DNA of 61,160 bases from positions 1-61,160 of the IMG/VR virus record IMGVR_UViG_3300044491_002233; one strand, given 5' to 3'. Shown here piece by piece: positions 48,558-59,800 of the stretch. The translations under genes and the position numbers were made by a program. Position 1 is the stretch's first letter. Every line of letters begins with the position of its first letter. The notes beneath the pieces are model-generated. The model made no database searches, had not been told where the DNA came from, and saw only the letters and a list, made by a program, of their open reading frames with translations. The DNA is from a virus. Lineage: Duplodnaviria; Caudoviricetes.

Positions 48558-48986
48558 ATGAAAGATAATATTGTCTGCTCGGGTGCTCTGTTCTACAGCA
48601 CTAGCACCAAACGTTTCCTGTTCCTGCAACGCACCGACAAGAAGACACAGGGCATGTGGGGTCTGGTGGGCGGACAGGCCAAGTACACGGAATCTGCATT
48701 CGAAGGTTTGAAGCGTGAGATCGAGGAAGAAGTGGGTGACACTCCCAAGTTCAAAAAGGTCATACCCTTGGAGATGTTCACGTCAAACGATCAGAAGTTT
48801 TTCTTCCACACGTATTTGATAGCGATCGAATCAGAATTTATTCCTAAATTAAATATGGAACATTCCGGCTACTGCTGGACAGCATTTGAGTGCTGGCCTA
48901 AGAACTTACACATGGGATTGAGAAACACCTTGAACAATAAAAGTATAAAAGGTAAGTTACAGACTATTCTTGATCTTATAGTTTAA
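48558..48986 (+). CDS. NUDIX hydrolase
   Basis: WGLVGG.....ES...GLKREIEEEVG Nudix box. Confidence 0.88.
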   Translation: MKDNIVCSGALFYSTSTKRFLFLQRTDKKTQGMWGLVGGQAKYTESAFEGLKREIEEEVGDTPKFKKVIPLEMFTSNDQKFFFHTYLIAIESEFIPKLNMEHSGYCWTAFECWPKNLHMGLRNTLNNKSIKGKLQTILDLIV

Positions 48987-49546
48987 AGTCTTCCAACAGC
49001 AACTTCGATAACACCTGCTTCTTCGGTAGTTTTATCTTCTAGGCTTTTTCCAATCACGCTTCCGGCTGGTGGGTTACTATCTTCAGTCCATGCTCTGGCG
49101 TGTCCTGCTGTCGCACTAGAAACCATCATGTCACCTTTTGACACAGTGCCTATGACTTTGGTTGGTACCCTACCCAGTAATGCGATCGGTGGGTGTGTTT
49201 CTGTTAGTAATTCTGGTTGTCGGTGTGGACTGTTCATCACACAGTATGGATCTGTTGATAGAACTCCTGCGATCCTCTTGTCAGCATCTGCGGTGGTCTC
49301 TGTTATCTCATTTACACCACCAAAGCTAACAACAGTGCCTGGTTCATAGACTTGGTCAGCATGATATCTTTCAGCCACGTCAGCGTACTTGGCCTGTCGG
49401 GCAACTGTCTCGAATCCACCCGCTGTGGAGTTGTCATGTATCCTCAATGCGTCATTGGTCGTGTCCACTGTGACCTCGCCCAACGCACCCGTGAACGCAT
49501 CGTTCTGTGAGCTGGTCCCTCTTCTAAATTGTAATGTTGTTGGCAT
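48983..49546 (-). CDS. Short tail-fibre-type protein with peptidase-G2/intramolecular-chaperone-like C-domain
   Basis: LQFRRGT...GALGEVTVDT N-module; YADVAERY...IALLGRVP.KV.G. Confidence 0.65.
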   Translation of the reverse strand: MPTTLQFRRGTSSQNDAFTGALGEVTVDTTNDALRIHDNSTAGGFETVARQAKYADVAERYHADQVYEPGTVVSFGGVNEITETTADADKRIAGVLSTDPYCVMNSPHRQPELLTETHPPIALLGRVPTKVIGTVSKGDMMVSSATAGHARAWTEDSNPPAGSVIGKSLEDKTTEEAGVIEVAVGRL

Positions 49547-49570
49547 AGTTTTCTCTCCTCTTATTTATTG

Positions 49571-51793
49571 TTATGCTCCCACGTAGGCCTCATCTGAGCC
49601 TAGGTCTAATGTTTCTGTGGTACCGATCGGGTCCATCATGTCAAAAACCGTTCCAAGGTTCACACCGAACGCGTCAGTTCCGCCAGACTCGAATGGCGTC
49701 TCCTGTGTGGTCTGGGCGGCGTTGTAACTGAGGTCGTAGTTGCCATCCGAACCCGGCATCGTGGATATGGTCGAGTTGGGATAACTTGATCCGGATCCTC
49801 CTCCACCACCGTCCGCCCAGCTCAACACACCGGTACCGTCCGTTGATAATACCTGTCCGGACGTGCCCGTGCCGTCGGGCAGTGTGAGTATGGTGTTAGA
49901 CGTTACCGTGCCTGGAGCCCTCAAGGCAATGTACTGTCCGCCCGAGGTGTCCTGTAATCTCACCTGACCCTGTGCCAACACGTCGATCTGTGTGTTGATC
50001 TGTGGTGATGTCAGCGTCTTGTTGGTCAATGTCTCCGATCCGGTTTTAGTGGCTAGTGCAGATGCTTCAACACCATCAACTGTGTCCGCGTCAAGGCCTG
50101 ATCCCGTGCCGTCCACGGTCTTGATCGCGGTCAGTATCTCTGACGCTGTCTGGTCAGCAGTTGCACCACTTTCAATGCCATCCAGTTTGGTGCCGTCTGT
50201 GGCCACGTCCCTGCCATCCACTGTGCCGGTCACTGTGATGTTGCCGGTCACTGACAGTGCGTTGTTGGCCACCACCTGTCCGCTGAATGTTGCAGAGGTG
50301 TCGGTAATCACAAGTTCGGTGTTGCCGTCCGCAGAGACGGTGATGGTCCCATTTGAGCCTGAATCCGTTACAGCCACTGATGAGTTCAGTTGTGCTATGG
50401 AGGTGGTTGAAACCGCCGCCACAGAGTCATCCACGTACACTTTGGTGGCCGCGTCGGTGTCCGCCGTTGGCGTGCCCAGGTTTATGATTTTGTTGGAGTC
50501 GACGTTGACCGCACCCGTGCCCGAGTTGGTTATGGTGATGTCCGCGTTGGACGGGGCGGATATGGTGGAACCAGTTATGACCAAGTCACCCACACCCGCG
50601 GTCTCCACCGTGGTTGATTCGTAGTCGTTGGCGATGCTGTTGTGTTGTTGACCCCTGCCCGCTTTCTTCTTTAACACCCGCAGTGAATTAGTGGCAGTGT
50701 CCGCGGACAGCGCCAGGTCTCCGAGGTATATGGTTGACCCCGTCACATACAAGGCCGCCCACTGTGACGTGGGAGAACCCAGACTGTAGGTGTTGTCCGC
50801 GCGTGGCACTATGTTGCCGCCCATGTCTATGCTGTCATTGATCTGTATGGCGCTTGAGTCATCGGACTTGATCGAGTTCAGTACCACCTGACCCGTGCCA
50901 CCCGGATTAAGCGTGATGTCTGAGTTGCTGGGACTATTGATCGTGCTTCCTGTGAATGTGATGTCTCCGGTTGAGGCTACCATATCGACAAAACTTAACG
51001 TACCACTTCCGTTGGTCTGTAGCACCTGATTGGCACTACCATCTGTGGTTGGGAACTTGTATGCGTTGTTGAACGTGATAGCACCACTGTCGTTGCCGTC
51101 AATCTTGAATTGTGTCTTACTTGGTGTGTTGGCATCTGCCGATGTGCCATCTGTGGTGACCGAAACAGCAAACTGTGTCCTGTTGGCATTGTTGGTGTTG
51201 TCAAAAGCAAACGTACCACCGACAATCAGTGCTGAACCATTCCAGTATTCGTGGTTACTTCTATATAGATAATCTCCCGAGTTGACTGCAAGTGGTGAGG
51301 CAATCGTGCCTCTGTATCTCCTTGTTCTTAAATCTGGGGCGTCAGCACTATCGTTGTACTGCTCCATCCTGACCTGTGCGGTCTGGGCACCTTCGCCCGT
51401 CATGTGTAGTGTCACTTCAGGCGAGGATTGGTTGATACCAATGTAGTTGTTGCCCTGGTCGATGCTGAGCGTGGATGTCGTCGTTATGAAGTTGCCGGTC
51501 GGATCCACCACGCACAGTTCGTTGGCCGCACCAAGGGTGGTGCCGTCCAGTACATTAAGTTCTGCGGCAGTGGAGGTGACCGCTGTGCCACCTATCGATA
51601 GATTGGTGGTGTTTAATCCTGTTGTGGTTGCTGTTCCGTTTACCTGTAATGCTGTTGTGGGTTCTGAAGTACCTACACCTATCCTTGAGTTCGTGACGTC
51701 GAGGTATAAAAGATTCGTCTCGAATGCTAGGTCCGTGCCGTTACGCGTCAGGTTAGACTTCAGCACCGAACCGGATATACGACCAATGGCCAT
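49571..51793 (-). CDS. Tail fibre / virion structural protein
   Basis: G/S/T-rich; RIGVGT..P, DAATK.YVD, GQVLSTDGTG.LSW fibre motifs. Confidence 0.75.
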   Translation of the reverse strand: MAIGRISGSVLKSNLTRNGTDLAFETNLLYLDVTNSRIGVGTSEPTTALQVNGTATTTGLNTTNLSIGGTAVTSTAAELNVLDGTTLGAANELCVVDPTGNFITTTSTLSIDQGNNYIGINQSSPEVTLHMTGEGAQTAQVRMEQYNDSADAPDLRTRRYRGTIASPLAVNSGDYLYRSNHEYWNGSALIVGGTFAFDNTNNANRTQFAVSVTTDGTSADANTPSKTQFKIDGNDSGAITFNNAYKFPTTDGSANQVLQTNGSGTLSFVDMVASTGDITFTGSTINSPSNSDITLNPGGTGQVVLNSIKSDDSSAIQINDSIDMGGNIVPRADNTYSLGSPTSQWAALYVTGSTIYLGDLALSADTATNSLRVLKKKAGRGQQHNSIANDYESTTVETAGVGDLVITGSTISAPSNADITITNSGTGAVNVDSNKIINLGTPTADTDAATKVYVDDSVAAVSTTSIAQLNSSVAVTDSGSNGTITVSADGNTELVITDTSATFSGQVVANNALSVTGNITVTGTVDGRDVATDGTKLDGIESGATADQTASEILTAIKTVDGTGSGLDADTVDGVEASALATKTGSETLTNKTLTSPQINTQIDVLAQGQVRLQDTSGGQYIALRAPGTVTSNTILTLPDGTGTSGQVLSTDGTGVLSWADGGGGGSGSSYPNSTISTMPGSDGNYDLSYNAAQTTQETPFESGGTDAFGVNLGTVFDMMDPIGTTETLDLGSDEAYVGA

Positions 51794-51888
51794 ACCTGGT
51801 ACTCCTTATAATAATGTTAGTGTGGCAAACGCCACGCACGGCCTCTTTATCATTGCCGGCCGACAGCAGTATGAGTATTTATGCGCCT

Positions 51889-51920
51889 AAAAAAAAAGGG
51901 CGATGTTTCCACCGCCCTTT
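51889..51920 (-). terminator. Rho-independent terminator
   Basis: AAAGGGCGGUG-GAAA-CAUCGCCC followed by U9. Confidence 0.9.
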
Positions 51921-51947
51921 GATTCTACTAAAAAGTAAAATTATTTA

Positions 51948-52979
51948 TTAGTTGTTGGTCCTCACAACACAGTTTACCAATTTGATACCTGCGTCTGAGT
52001 TGGTCTCAAGTGCTCTACCAATAACGTGGAATGGGTTGATTGACTCACCCGCCGCTACTGCTCTAGCACAACCTTTCACGCTTGAAGTCACAAGCCTCTG
52101 ACCTTTTGTCACAGCACCTGTTACCCTAACTGGAGTCCTTCCAGTCATCGCGATGAATGGGTGTGATTCGTTGTTACCTGCCGCTGAGTTCATCATGAAC
52201 GCTGGTTGGTCGGACACAACACCGAACACTGCTTCTGACATCTCAGAAGTTGATTCAGTGATCTCTGCGTCACCGCCCAGTTCTACAACTGCGCCTGCTG
52301 TCATTGGAGCGTCTGCTTCGAAACGCTCGCCGATGTCCGCGTACTGCGCCGATGTTGCTGTAGCGTGTAACACGTTACATCTCATGTCCACGAGGTTGAA
52401 GTCCGAGTTTGGAACCTCGGTTCCCTCGTTGTGTGTTGATCTAAGTGCAGTCCAGGCACCACCCGCGTTGCCGTAGATGGATGTTCCGTCATCCGCGTAT
52501 GCGTCGTCCCATAGCCAGTAGATGTCTTGTTCAGCCACGTCTGATCCCGTACCCCTGTGTAGGTGCACGCCCGAGAACCTCGGCATCTGTCCTGACTGTG
52601 ACACGTTTTTGTTAAGTGCGATGATGGCGTCCTCAACGCTTAAGTTCTGTGTGTTGATGATTGTTTCCGTACCGTTTACAGTAAGGTTACCTGGGATGGT
52701 CACACCGTCTGACGTGATCGTCATCGACGTTGTGTTGTCCGCAGTTACAGTGATCGTACCGTTCGATCCCGAGTCAGTGACAGTGATGTTTGTGTCTAGT
52801 TGTGAAATACTGTTCTGTGACAGACCCGCTAGTGAGTCGTCCACATATTTCTTGTTGGCCACGTCACCGTCAGCGCTTGGTGCCGCTGTGGCTAGACCTG
52901 TGATGGTGTTAGCACTTGCTGATATAGTAATATCACCAACTGATACACCGTTATGTACTCTAAAGTTTCTTGTTGTCAT
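51948..52979 (-). CDS. Tail-fibre-type protein with peptidase-G2/chaperone-like C-domain
   Basis: DVANKKYVD, GNLTVNGT..VED.II.LN, YADIGERF...IAMTGRTPVRV. Confidence 0.7.
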   Translation of the reverse strand: MTTRNFRVHNGVSVGDITISASANTITGLATAAPSADGDVANKKYVDDSLAGLSQNSISQLDTNITVTDSGSNGTITVTADNTTSMTITSDGVTIPGNLTVNGTETIINTQNLSVEDAIIALNKNVSQSGQMPRFSGVHLHRGTGSDVAEQDIYWLWDDAYADDGTSIYGNAGGAWTALRSTHNEGTEVPNSDFNLVDMRCNVLHATATSAQYADIGERFEADAPMTAGAVVELGGDAEITESTSEMSEAVFGVVSDQPAFMMNSAAGNNESHPFIAMTGRTPVRVTGAVTKGQRLVTSSVKGCARAVAAGESINPFHVIGRALETNSDAGIKLVNCVVRTNN

Positions 52980-53027
52980 GGTTCCTATGTCTCCCGCATG
53001 ATTGTGTTTGATTTAATGATGAGCCGT

Positions 53028-53068
53028 AAAAAAACGCCCCAACAGTAGTATTTACCATTGGGACGTTT
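53028..53068 (-). terminator. Terminator hairpin with a late promoter box at its apex
   Basis: 16-bp stem (G-U allowed) plus U tract; TAAATA at 53049-53054. Confidence 0.7.
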
Positions 53069-53099
53069 AGAATTATCGTTAAGGTTCTAGTTTTGCCTA

Positions 53100-54857
53100 C
53101 TAAACTGCTACAAGTGAGTACTGCACCTTGGCCGCTGTTTGGCCACCTGTGCTAACCGCTTGTATGTTCACTGTACCACTGTCGTATACGGCAGTGACAG
53201 TCGCTAAGTCACCAGCACCAGTGTTGGTGATACCAAATACTGTGATGAATGCAGTTGAACCGTTATGGGTTACAACACCTTTCATAGAACTGTATTCTGT
53301 GTTAGCAGTATCAGTCAACTGGATGAATACTTCAGCACTTCTGTAAGAAGTGGCATTGAAGCTCATGATAGTAGTCGCACTTGATGTGAAGTTAACTGAA
53401 GTCGCCTCAGATCTAGCAACACCACCCGTTACAAGTGAAGTACCATCAGCACCTGTGATCGCAAATATCCTCGCACCCGAGTGAGGAGCAGAAGTAAATG
53501 TGATGTTGGTACCTGATACCGAGTAGTTCTCAGTTGGTTCTTGGTAAACGTTGTCAATGTAAACGAACACGTTGTTCGCTGATTCTGGAGCAGAGCTAAA
53601 GAAACCAGTGAACGTTGTGGTCGAACCGTCACCTGTTGTTGATTCTTTAGTGAAAGTCGGTGCGTCACCGGCAATCGCGAATGTGACGTACGTTGAACCG
53701 TCCGTGGATCCTTCGAAGGATCCAGTCTCAGAGTTGAACCTGATGACACCAGTGGCCGCCGTTGGTCTGGCCGCAGTATTACCTTGTGGAAGTAATAGAG
53801 CGTCTGTCTTAGAACCAATGTCTAGGCTGTAGCTCGGTGTTCCAGTTCCGATACCGATCCTGTCTGTGCCACCGTCAATAAACAGTAGGTTTTGATCGTT
53901 GTTACCCTCGAACCTGGCGTCTAGGTCAGCGCCCGCTTCGTTGAAAGTGAATGTTCCACCGTCAAAGATCACTGTGCTTGAAGTGGTCAGTGTTGTGATG
54001 CCTGTGGCAGAACCAATGAAGTTACCACCTGATGATTCGATGTCCTTGGCCTTGAAGTCAGCGTATGAATCGATCGTCACGTTACCTGCTGTGGTTCCGT
54101 CCTCACCTGATGTTATGGCCGTGACGAATTCGTCCGCCGACTCATCCCACATGAAAGAAACGTTGTCGTCTGACCCCCTGTTCATGAACAGACCTTGGTC
54201 GAACGTGTTTGCGTCTCCACCCGAGTTGTTCTTAGCCAATTGGATCAAAGGATCTTCAACTACTAAAGTCTGTGAATCTATCGTTGTTGTGGTACCGTTT
54301 ACTGTCAAGTCACCAGTCACAGTCATGGCTGAACTCACAGCGACCTGTCCCGTTCCGTTAGGAGTCAGTGTGATGTCACCGTTTGTGGTCAAACTTGTAA
54401 TTGTTGATGCCGTGGTTGATACACCTGTAACTCCCAATTCGATTGTTGAAGCGGTAATCTTCGCCCTCTTGGTTCCTGCTATGGAGAAGTGTATCTCGTC
54501 TAGGTCTGAACTTGGTTCAACACTTACTTTAGTGTCCTCGTCCGCGTCCTTTAGTTCCGTACCTGATGCCAGGTTGGCCCAAGCACCGTTGGCGTAACCT
54601 TCGATGGTTGCGTCGTCTGTGCTGTACCTGATGTCACCGTTTACTGGTGAGCCCGGTCTCTGTGCGTTGGTTCCTGATGGTAGTCTTAGAGAGTCCGTAG
54701 CAGAGATGTGTAGTGTGGTCGCCGGTGAGGCTGTACCGATACCGATTCTGCTGTTGGTCACGTCTAAGGCTAATAAATTTGTCTCAAAAGTAAGGTCAGT
54801 TCCTGATCTAGCCAAGTTGGCTGACAGCATCTGTCCTGTTATTCGTCCTATTGCCAT
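53100..54857 (-). CDS. Tail fibre / baseplate structural protein
   Basis: LPSGT.AQRP..G.IR, GDGSTTTF, VFVYIDNVYQEP..NYSVSG modules. Confidence 0.75.
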   Translation of the reverse strand: MAIGRITGQMLSANLARSGTDLTFETNLLALDVTNSRIGIGTASPATTLHISATDSLRLPSGTNAQRPGSPVNGDIRYSTDDATIEGYANGAWANLASGTELKDADEDTKVSVEPSSDLDEIHFSIAGTKRAKITASTIELGVTGVSTTASTITSLTTNGDITLTPNGTGQVAVSSAMTVTGDLTVNGTTTTIDSQTLVVEDPLIQLAKNNSGGDANTFDQGLFMNRGSDDNVSFMWDESADEFVTAITSGEDGTTAGNVTIDSYADFKAKDIESSGGNFIGSATGITTLTTSSTVIFDGGTFTFNEAGADLDARFEGNNDQNLLFIDGGTDRIGIGTGTPSYSLDIGSKTDALLLPQGNTAARPTAATGVIRFNSETGSFEGSTDGSTYVTFAIAGDAPTFTKESTTGDGSTTTFTGFFSSAPESANNVFVYIDNVYQEPTENYSVSGTNITFTSAPHSGARIFAITGADGTSLVTGGVARSEATSVNFTSSATTIMSFNATSYRSAEVFIQLTDTANTEYSSMKGVVTHNGSTAFITVFGITNTGAGDLATVTAVYDSGTVNIQAVSTGGQTAAKVQYSLVAV

Positions 54858-54950
54858 TGTTTTATCCCCTTATCGATAATTGTTGTCTTGCAAAACTATA
54901 GGTATTTATTTTAAAAGGTTGATTTGTGTGGTGTTAAATAGCCATACGAT

Positions 54951-55484
54951 ATGAAGAAATATGACTTTATAACCGTGCTAGGCACCAATTCCATTAAGAT
55001 AGGTGTGGATCGATTGCGTGAATACGGTCCTGTAATGACAGTCAGCAACAAGGAATTGCCGTTAAAAAATCTAGATTACGTGTGGACACGTGACGAGGAT
55101 CATGTGCGCTGGTATCTGCAACAGAAACCAGCACCCGTGCAGTGTGTGACCACACCGCAATTGTACAACAAGTACGTTTTCTACGACTTCGTACACAGTT
55201 TCCCACCACTGAATCCACAGTTCAATCTGCAACTGGATGTCAACACCAATGACCAAACCTTAGCACTGCTGTCAGCGATAGGACTGACTAACAAGATAGT
55301 GATGTTGGTTGGGTATGCGATCAGCGATCAGAAGGTGCTTAAGGACCTCAGAAGCGTGATCATGCTACATCCTAACATTAAGTTCTACTTTCTGTGCAAT
55401 CCACCCAAGACCAAACAGTTGGACTTTTGTGCCAATGCGGAGTGCGTGTTATTCAAGGACATGGAGCAGTTGAAGGATGCATAA
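54951..55484 (+). CDS. Hypothetical protein, distant Maf-like fold possible
   Basis: ITVLG...SN...DYVW.RD...ALLSA...IVMLVGY parallels the 17046-17798 protein; TAAATA at 54935-54940. Confidence 0.5.
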   Translation: MKKYDFITVLGTNSIKIGVDRLREYGPVMTVSNKELPLKNLDYVWTRDEDHVRWYLQQKPAPVQCVTTPQLYNKYVFYDFVHSFPPLNPQFNLQLDVNTNDQTLALLSAIGLTNKIVMLVGYAISDQKVLKDLRSVIMLHPNIKFYFLCNPPKTKQLDFCANAECVLFKDMEQLKDA

Positions 55485-55836
55485 AGTAGACATCAACTAC
55501 ATAGTGAAAGTTATGTGGCCGGGACACTGCCGTAATAGGAGCCTCAAGGTTCTAGAGGAACGTGCGGACATAGTTGAGACCATGAACGGACATCGCAAGA
55601 AGATAGAGAATTTTTGTCAGGCATCATGCACGGATGCATACAACGTCAGCAACGAATACGACATGAAAGGATTCAACATAGGATTCAAGTCCGGACAGGA
55701 TGTGTACAACTTCATCCTGGAACAGGCCACGATAGGTTACGAGATAGACAGGGAGATCGGCAGGTTCAACATCTTCTCACAGAAATACATCAAGCACATC
55801 ATAAGGTACACAGCAAAAGGTATAGTGATAGATTAA
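55477..55836 (+). CDS. Hypothetical protein
   Basis: Overlaps the upstream gene; stop overlaps the convergent stop. Confidence 0.6.
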   Translation: MHKVDINYIVKVMWPGHCRNRSLKVLEERADIVETMNGHRKKIENFCQASCTDAYNVSNEYDMKGFNIGFKSGQDVYNFILEQATIGYEIDREIGRFNIFSQKYIKHIIRYTAKGIVID

Positions 55837-56879
55837 TCAGCGAAGCCGTGCATGACTACGATCCTGGCACTGTCATGTGGCGCCTCTATGGAAGATCCGT
55901 CAGTGCCGCCAGTGAACGCCAAAATGTTAGAGGAGATGGTGTAGTTCTGTGTGGGCTCCTGAATCACACCGTCCACGTACACGATCACGTTTTTAGCGTC
56001 GGATGGTGTCACAGTCATGATGAACTGTGTAGATGATCCGTCACCTGTGAACACATCCTTAGTGATATTAGCCGCGGCAGATTCAGTACGTAACGCGGTA
56101 TAGGTCGAACCGTCCAGGGAGACTTCATATTTGCCCGTTGTAGTATTAAAGCGTATGATACCTTCCTGTGCGGATGGTCTTTCTAGTGTAGTTCCTGAAG
56201 GGACGACCATACCTGTTGTCGTGTTGAAATCAAACAATCCCGTTCCCTGTGTGGTGAACGTCATGTCCGCATTGGTCACTATATTGCCAATATTGTTCGC
56301 CGTGAACTCTGTGTTTCCGGTGTTGGTTTCTAAATTCTGTAAACCTTTCGTGCCCGTGTATCTGCCACCGGATATGTAAACTGATTTACCTGTAAAATCT
56401 ATTCCATTAGGCAAGTTGGACCCGATGAAGTGTAACACACCAGATTGGTAGTCAAAGAACCATTCGTCGTTGTTAGACGAACTTGAACCCACAGCGAACA
56501 CCTGGTCACCGCTTGCCGCCGCGTTGCCGGCATCTGATGAAGTATGGATATAAACCTTAACTTGATATGTAGATCCTATTTCAGGTGGTATCCAGTCAAT
56601 CACTCCGGTCTTCCAGGTCCTGTTGGCCGCCGCAGTTCCGTCGTTAGTTGCCTCGATGGGTCCACTTGTTGGATAAACTGTAACCACACCTGCACTCGAT
56701 CCCGGCATCACTGCAGGAATGCCTGATGCTTGGTTCCATGTGTTGTCACCCCTTAGCAATAACGGAGATGCGATGGCCTCGTTAGGCGCCTTCTTGGCCG
56801 CATTAGTGTCTGTCTTGGTCCTGCCGTATCCGAGTTTCTTCCAAAGATAATCTACTTTTTTCGCATCAGTAATGGCCAT
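55833..56879 (-). CDS. Virion structural protein (baseplate/fibre module)
   Basis: WFFDYQSGVL, PSGTT.ERP..GIIRFN, FTGDGS..F, VIVYVDGVIQEP..NYTIS. Confidence 0.7.
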   Translation of the reverse strand: MAITDAKKVDYLWKKLGYGRTKTDTNAAKKAPNEAIASPLLLRGDNTWNQASGIPAVMPGSSAGVVTVYPTSGPIEATNDGTAAANRTWKTGVIDWIPPEIGSTYQVKVYIHTSSDAGNAAASGDQVFAVGSSSSNNDEWFFDYQSGVLHFIGSNLPNGIDFTGKSVYISGGRYTGTKGLQNLETNTGNTEFTANNIGNIVTNADMTFTTQGTGLFDFNTTTGMVVPSGTTLERPSAQEGIIRFNTTTGKYEVSLDGSTYTALRTESAAANITKDVFTGDGSSTQFIMTVTPSDAKNVIVYVDGVIQEPTQNYTISSNILAFTGGTDGSSIEAPHDSARIVVMHGFAD

Positions 56880-59800
56880 TATTCAATGCTCAGTGCTGTG
56901 ACACTGTCTCCAGATTCTAGTTTAATACGAACAAGTATGTTGTTGCCTGTGGCGTTAGTAGCATTCTCCGAACCTAGGTTCATTTCAAACGTTTGGTTCG
57001 AATAAGTTGTGTTGTCGATAATTCGGTCTCCAGGAGAGGTTGCACATCCATCTGATCCATTTCCACCATTGCCTGTGTCTGAACCCGGCACACCAGAACC
57101 TGCGTAAGTTTCACCGGCAGTCAACCATCCGTTCAATCCAGATGCCGAGTCAATTGCTGTGCCTGGAGCCGCAATAAACACGCCTGACACTCTTCCCGAC
57201 AACCTTATAGTAAAGGTACTCATTGTTGTCCTTCTAAAAGCGAAGTTAAAATACTGTGCCTCACCTCCGTCCCTGCCTGTGGCAAGGTCTGGACCCGCTG
57301 GTAGGTATCCAGAGCTCAGGTCTGTGGTGAAGTGTTTTATGGTGCCAAATCTCGTGATAGCCTCGTTGGTTCCCGCCACGGTGACTGCACCTGACCATGC
57401 GTGATCCGTGTAGTAGTTGGCATTTGATGAATCATTTAGTGACGGGGTGTCACCTGACAGGGAACCAAGTCCGCTTATCCTCACGGCGTCATCGATGAAC
57501 GTGGCGCCGAGTGAATCTGATACAGTGATACCGCCGTCCTCTTTGTTTAGACCGGTTGGACCACTAGATCTTTTGAAGACCTGAATTTTTGTTGATGTTT
57601 CTGAATACGAACCAGTTCCGTTAGCGTTTTTACTTCTGGCTTGTATAGTACTGACAACTTCTTGGTTGTCTAGAGTTGTTATAGGAACGGATAGAGTACC
57701 TAGTGTGTAAGCAGAACCAACACCTGTATCCGTGTTTGGTATGCCACCTGTGAGCATAGAAATTGCACCGTCAACATCTGCGTAAGTGTAATTGGAATCG
57801 TTTATAACGTTTCCTGAAGTGGATTCTTGATCAGTTCCGTTATCGACTTCGTGTGGTGAAGATGTATCTTGGTAGGCCTGACCTGTGAAGTTTGCCACAG
57901 TTGTGCCGGTAATGTTTAATGTCGGCGATCCGGCGTTATAGTAGGGCACTCCTGAAATATATTGGTATGTGCCTTGTGTGCCTTCACTCACTGTTCCTAT
58001 TGTAGTAGTTGGTGTTGCCGTGATGTCGTCCTTGACCACGTGTACGTAGTTGGTGTCGCCTGTGGTGGTGTGCGTCAGTCTCTGTGCGTTGACACCCACA
58101 GTGTATGCCGATAGATTCTTAGTGATCTTGGCGCTGGAAACCAGGTAGAAACGCTGTGGATACGAACTGTCTACTGTGTCGTAGTCTACGTTCGAGCTCA
58201 CGACCAAACTGGTGAATGTGCCCGTCTCGTTCTCTGCTGTGGTGAATGCTTTGGTTCCATCGTTTGAAGCATTGATCTCCGCGGCCAGTGTTCCAGTGGA
58301 ACCATCATAGAAGTTTGATGCCGTTGATGTGTCGATTGTCGTGGTTGTGGTGTATCTTCTTGCCACTGTTGTTTCTAGACTGTCGCCCGCTGAAAGTGTT
58401 GTGGCCGCTCCGGTGTTGTCGTCGAAGCCAGCGCACAGGTGTGGGTTTGTTCCCTGCGCACCATCCGCCAGTGTGATCGATTTCGAACTTAGTCCCGCGG
58501 GTGCTGATGGTACCGCTTTCATCACGAAAGTAAGTGTTTCCTCGTCATCCTGCTCTATGGTGTCGGGTGTTCCGTGTGCCCTGAATCTGAAGTTGATGTT
58601 GCCGTTTGATGCGCCTGTGTAGTCCTTGTCAACAGTGACACCTACAACTCCCGCTGTGGACCCATCCTCAACAATAGCAAGTGTGCTGGATGAATCATCA
58701 TAGTAATCATAGAAGTAATCGTCGGCATTTTGTGAGGTGTTGGTGAATCTTGTTAGTGATCTCACGTTGCTGTCTAGGTCTGTGTGATCATAAAGGGTGT
58801 ATTGGTTGTTTCCAGACCCGGTCGAAACGGTCACGGCAGTTCCCGCTATGTTGGCCCTCACGTCTGGTTCAACGATTATGTTGAGGTTACTGCTGAAAGT
58901 TGAATTTGTGTGTCCATTCGCCAGTGTTAGGCTAGTAGTGAATGTGGTAGTGGTACCGTTGTTCTGGTTGTCCGAACTCAGGTTGAATGTGTTTGCGATT
59001 GTGTTGCCCGTATCTCCGGAACCTCCTGATCCGATGTTGACCAGTGTGGCACCTGCACCCTCGCCGAAGTCCCAACTGTATGTCTGTGTGGCTGAGAAAT
59101 CTGTGTTTGCGCCTGGCAGTGTGGCTGTGTCGTTGGTGAATGTTACAGGGAATCCTGAAGTTGACTCTTCGTTTATTCCTCGTATGGTCGAGTCTGCCAC
59201 TGAGTATGCAACAGTGTGTGTTGAATAAACTTCGAAATTGGCATCCGCACTTTGTGGTATCTGTTCTGGTGCCGCTGTCGAGTGTGAAAGTAGTGTTAAC
59301 CTGATCCTGTACTTGGTATCACCCGGTCCTGTGCCCGCCACTGAACTGTCATCTGCCGATGGTGAGTTGGTGTAGGTGTGTGCTAATCTCGAGCCCGATG
59401 CTCCGCCCGCCGCCGAGTCGTTGGCTATGCTGTCCGAAGTGCCATCACCCCAGTCCACTTCATAGGTACAGTCTGCCACAGTGTTGGTCGTGGTGTTTTC
59501 TAGGTAAACTGTAGCACCTGAATCTGCTGTCGTGATCGTCGATCCTCCCGACGATGCACTCTTGATGAGGTATCCGACCACGGGTGCCGGTGTGGCTACT
59601 GCTATAAAATCTGTCTCAGTATTGGTAGCGAATGATCCAGAGGAATCTGTGACTAAAGCATCATTTTCGAATGCCTTGACAGTAACAGAATAAGTGCCAC
59701 CGGTGTTGTAAGTGTGTGTTGGAGTTGAATCGGAAGTGCCTGTGGTGGTGTCACCGTCGCCCCACGTGATAGTATATCTAGTGTTAGCACCTGCTGTTGG

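Noticed and set aside
51840-51862. GGCAAUGAU resembling the 5' end of a fluoride riboswitch
   Set aside because: The rest of that consensus is absent and the downstream gene is a fibre; kept only as an unnamed structured leader
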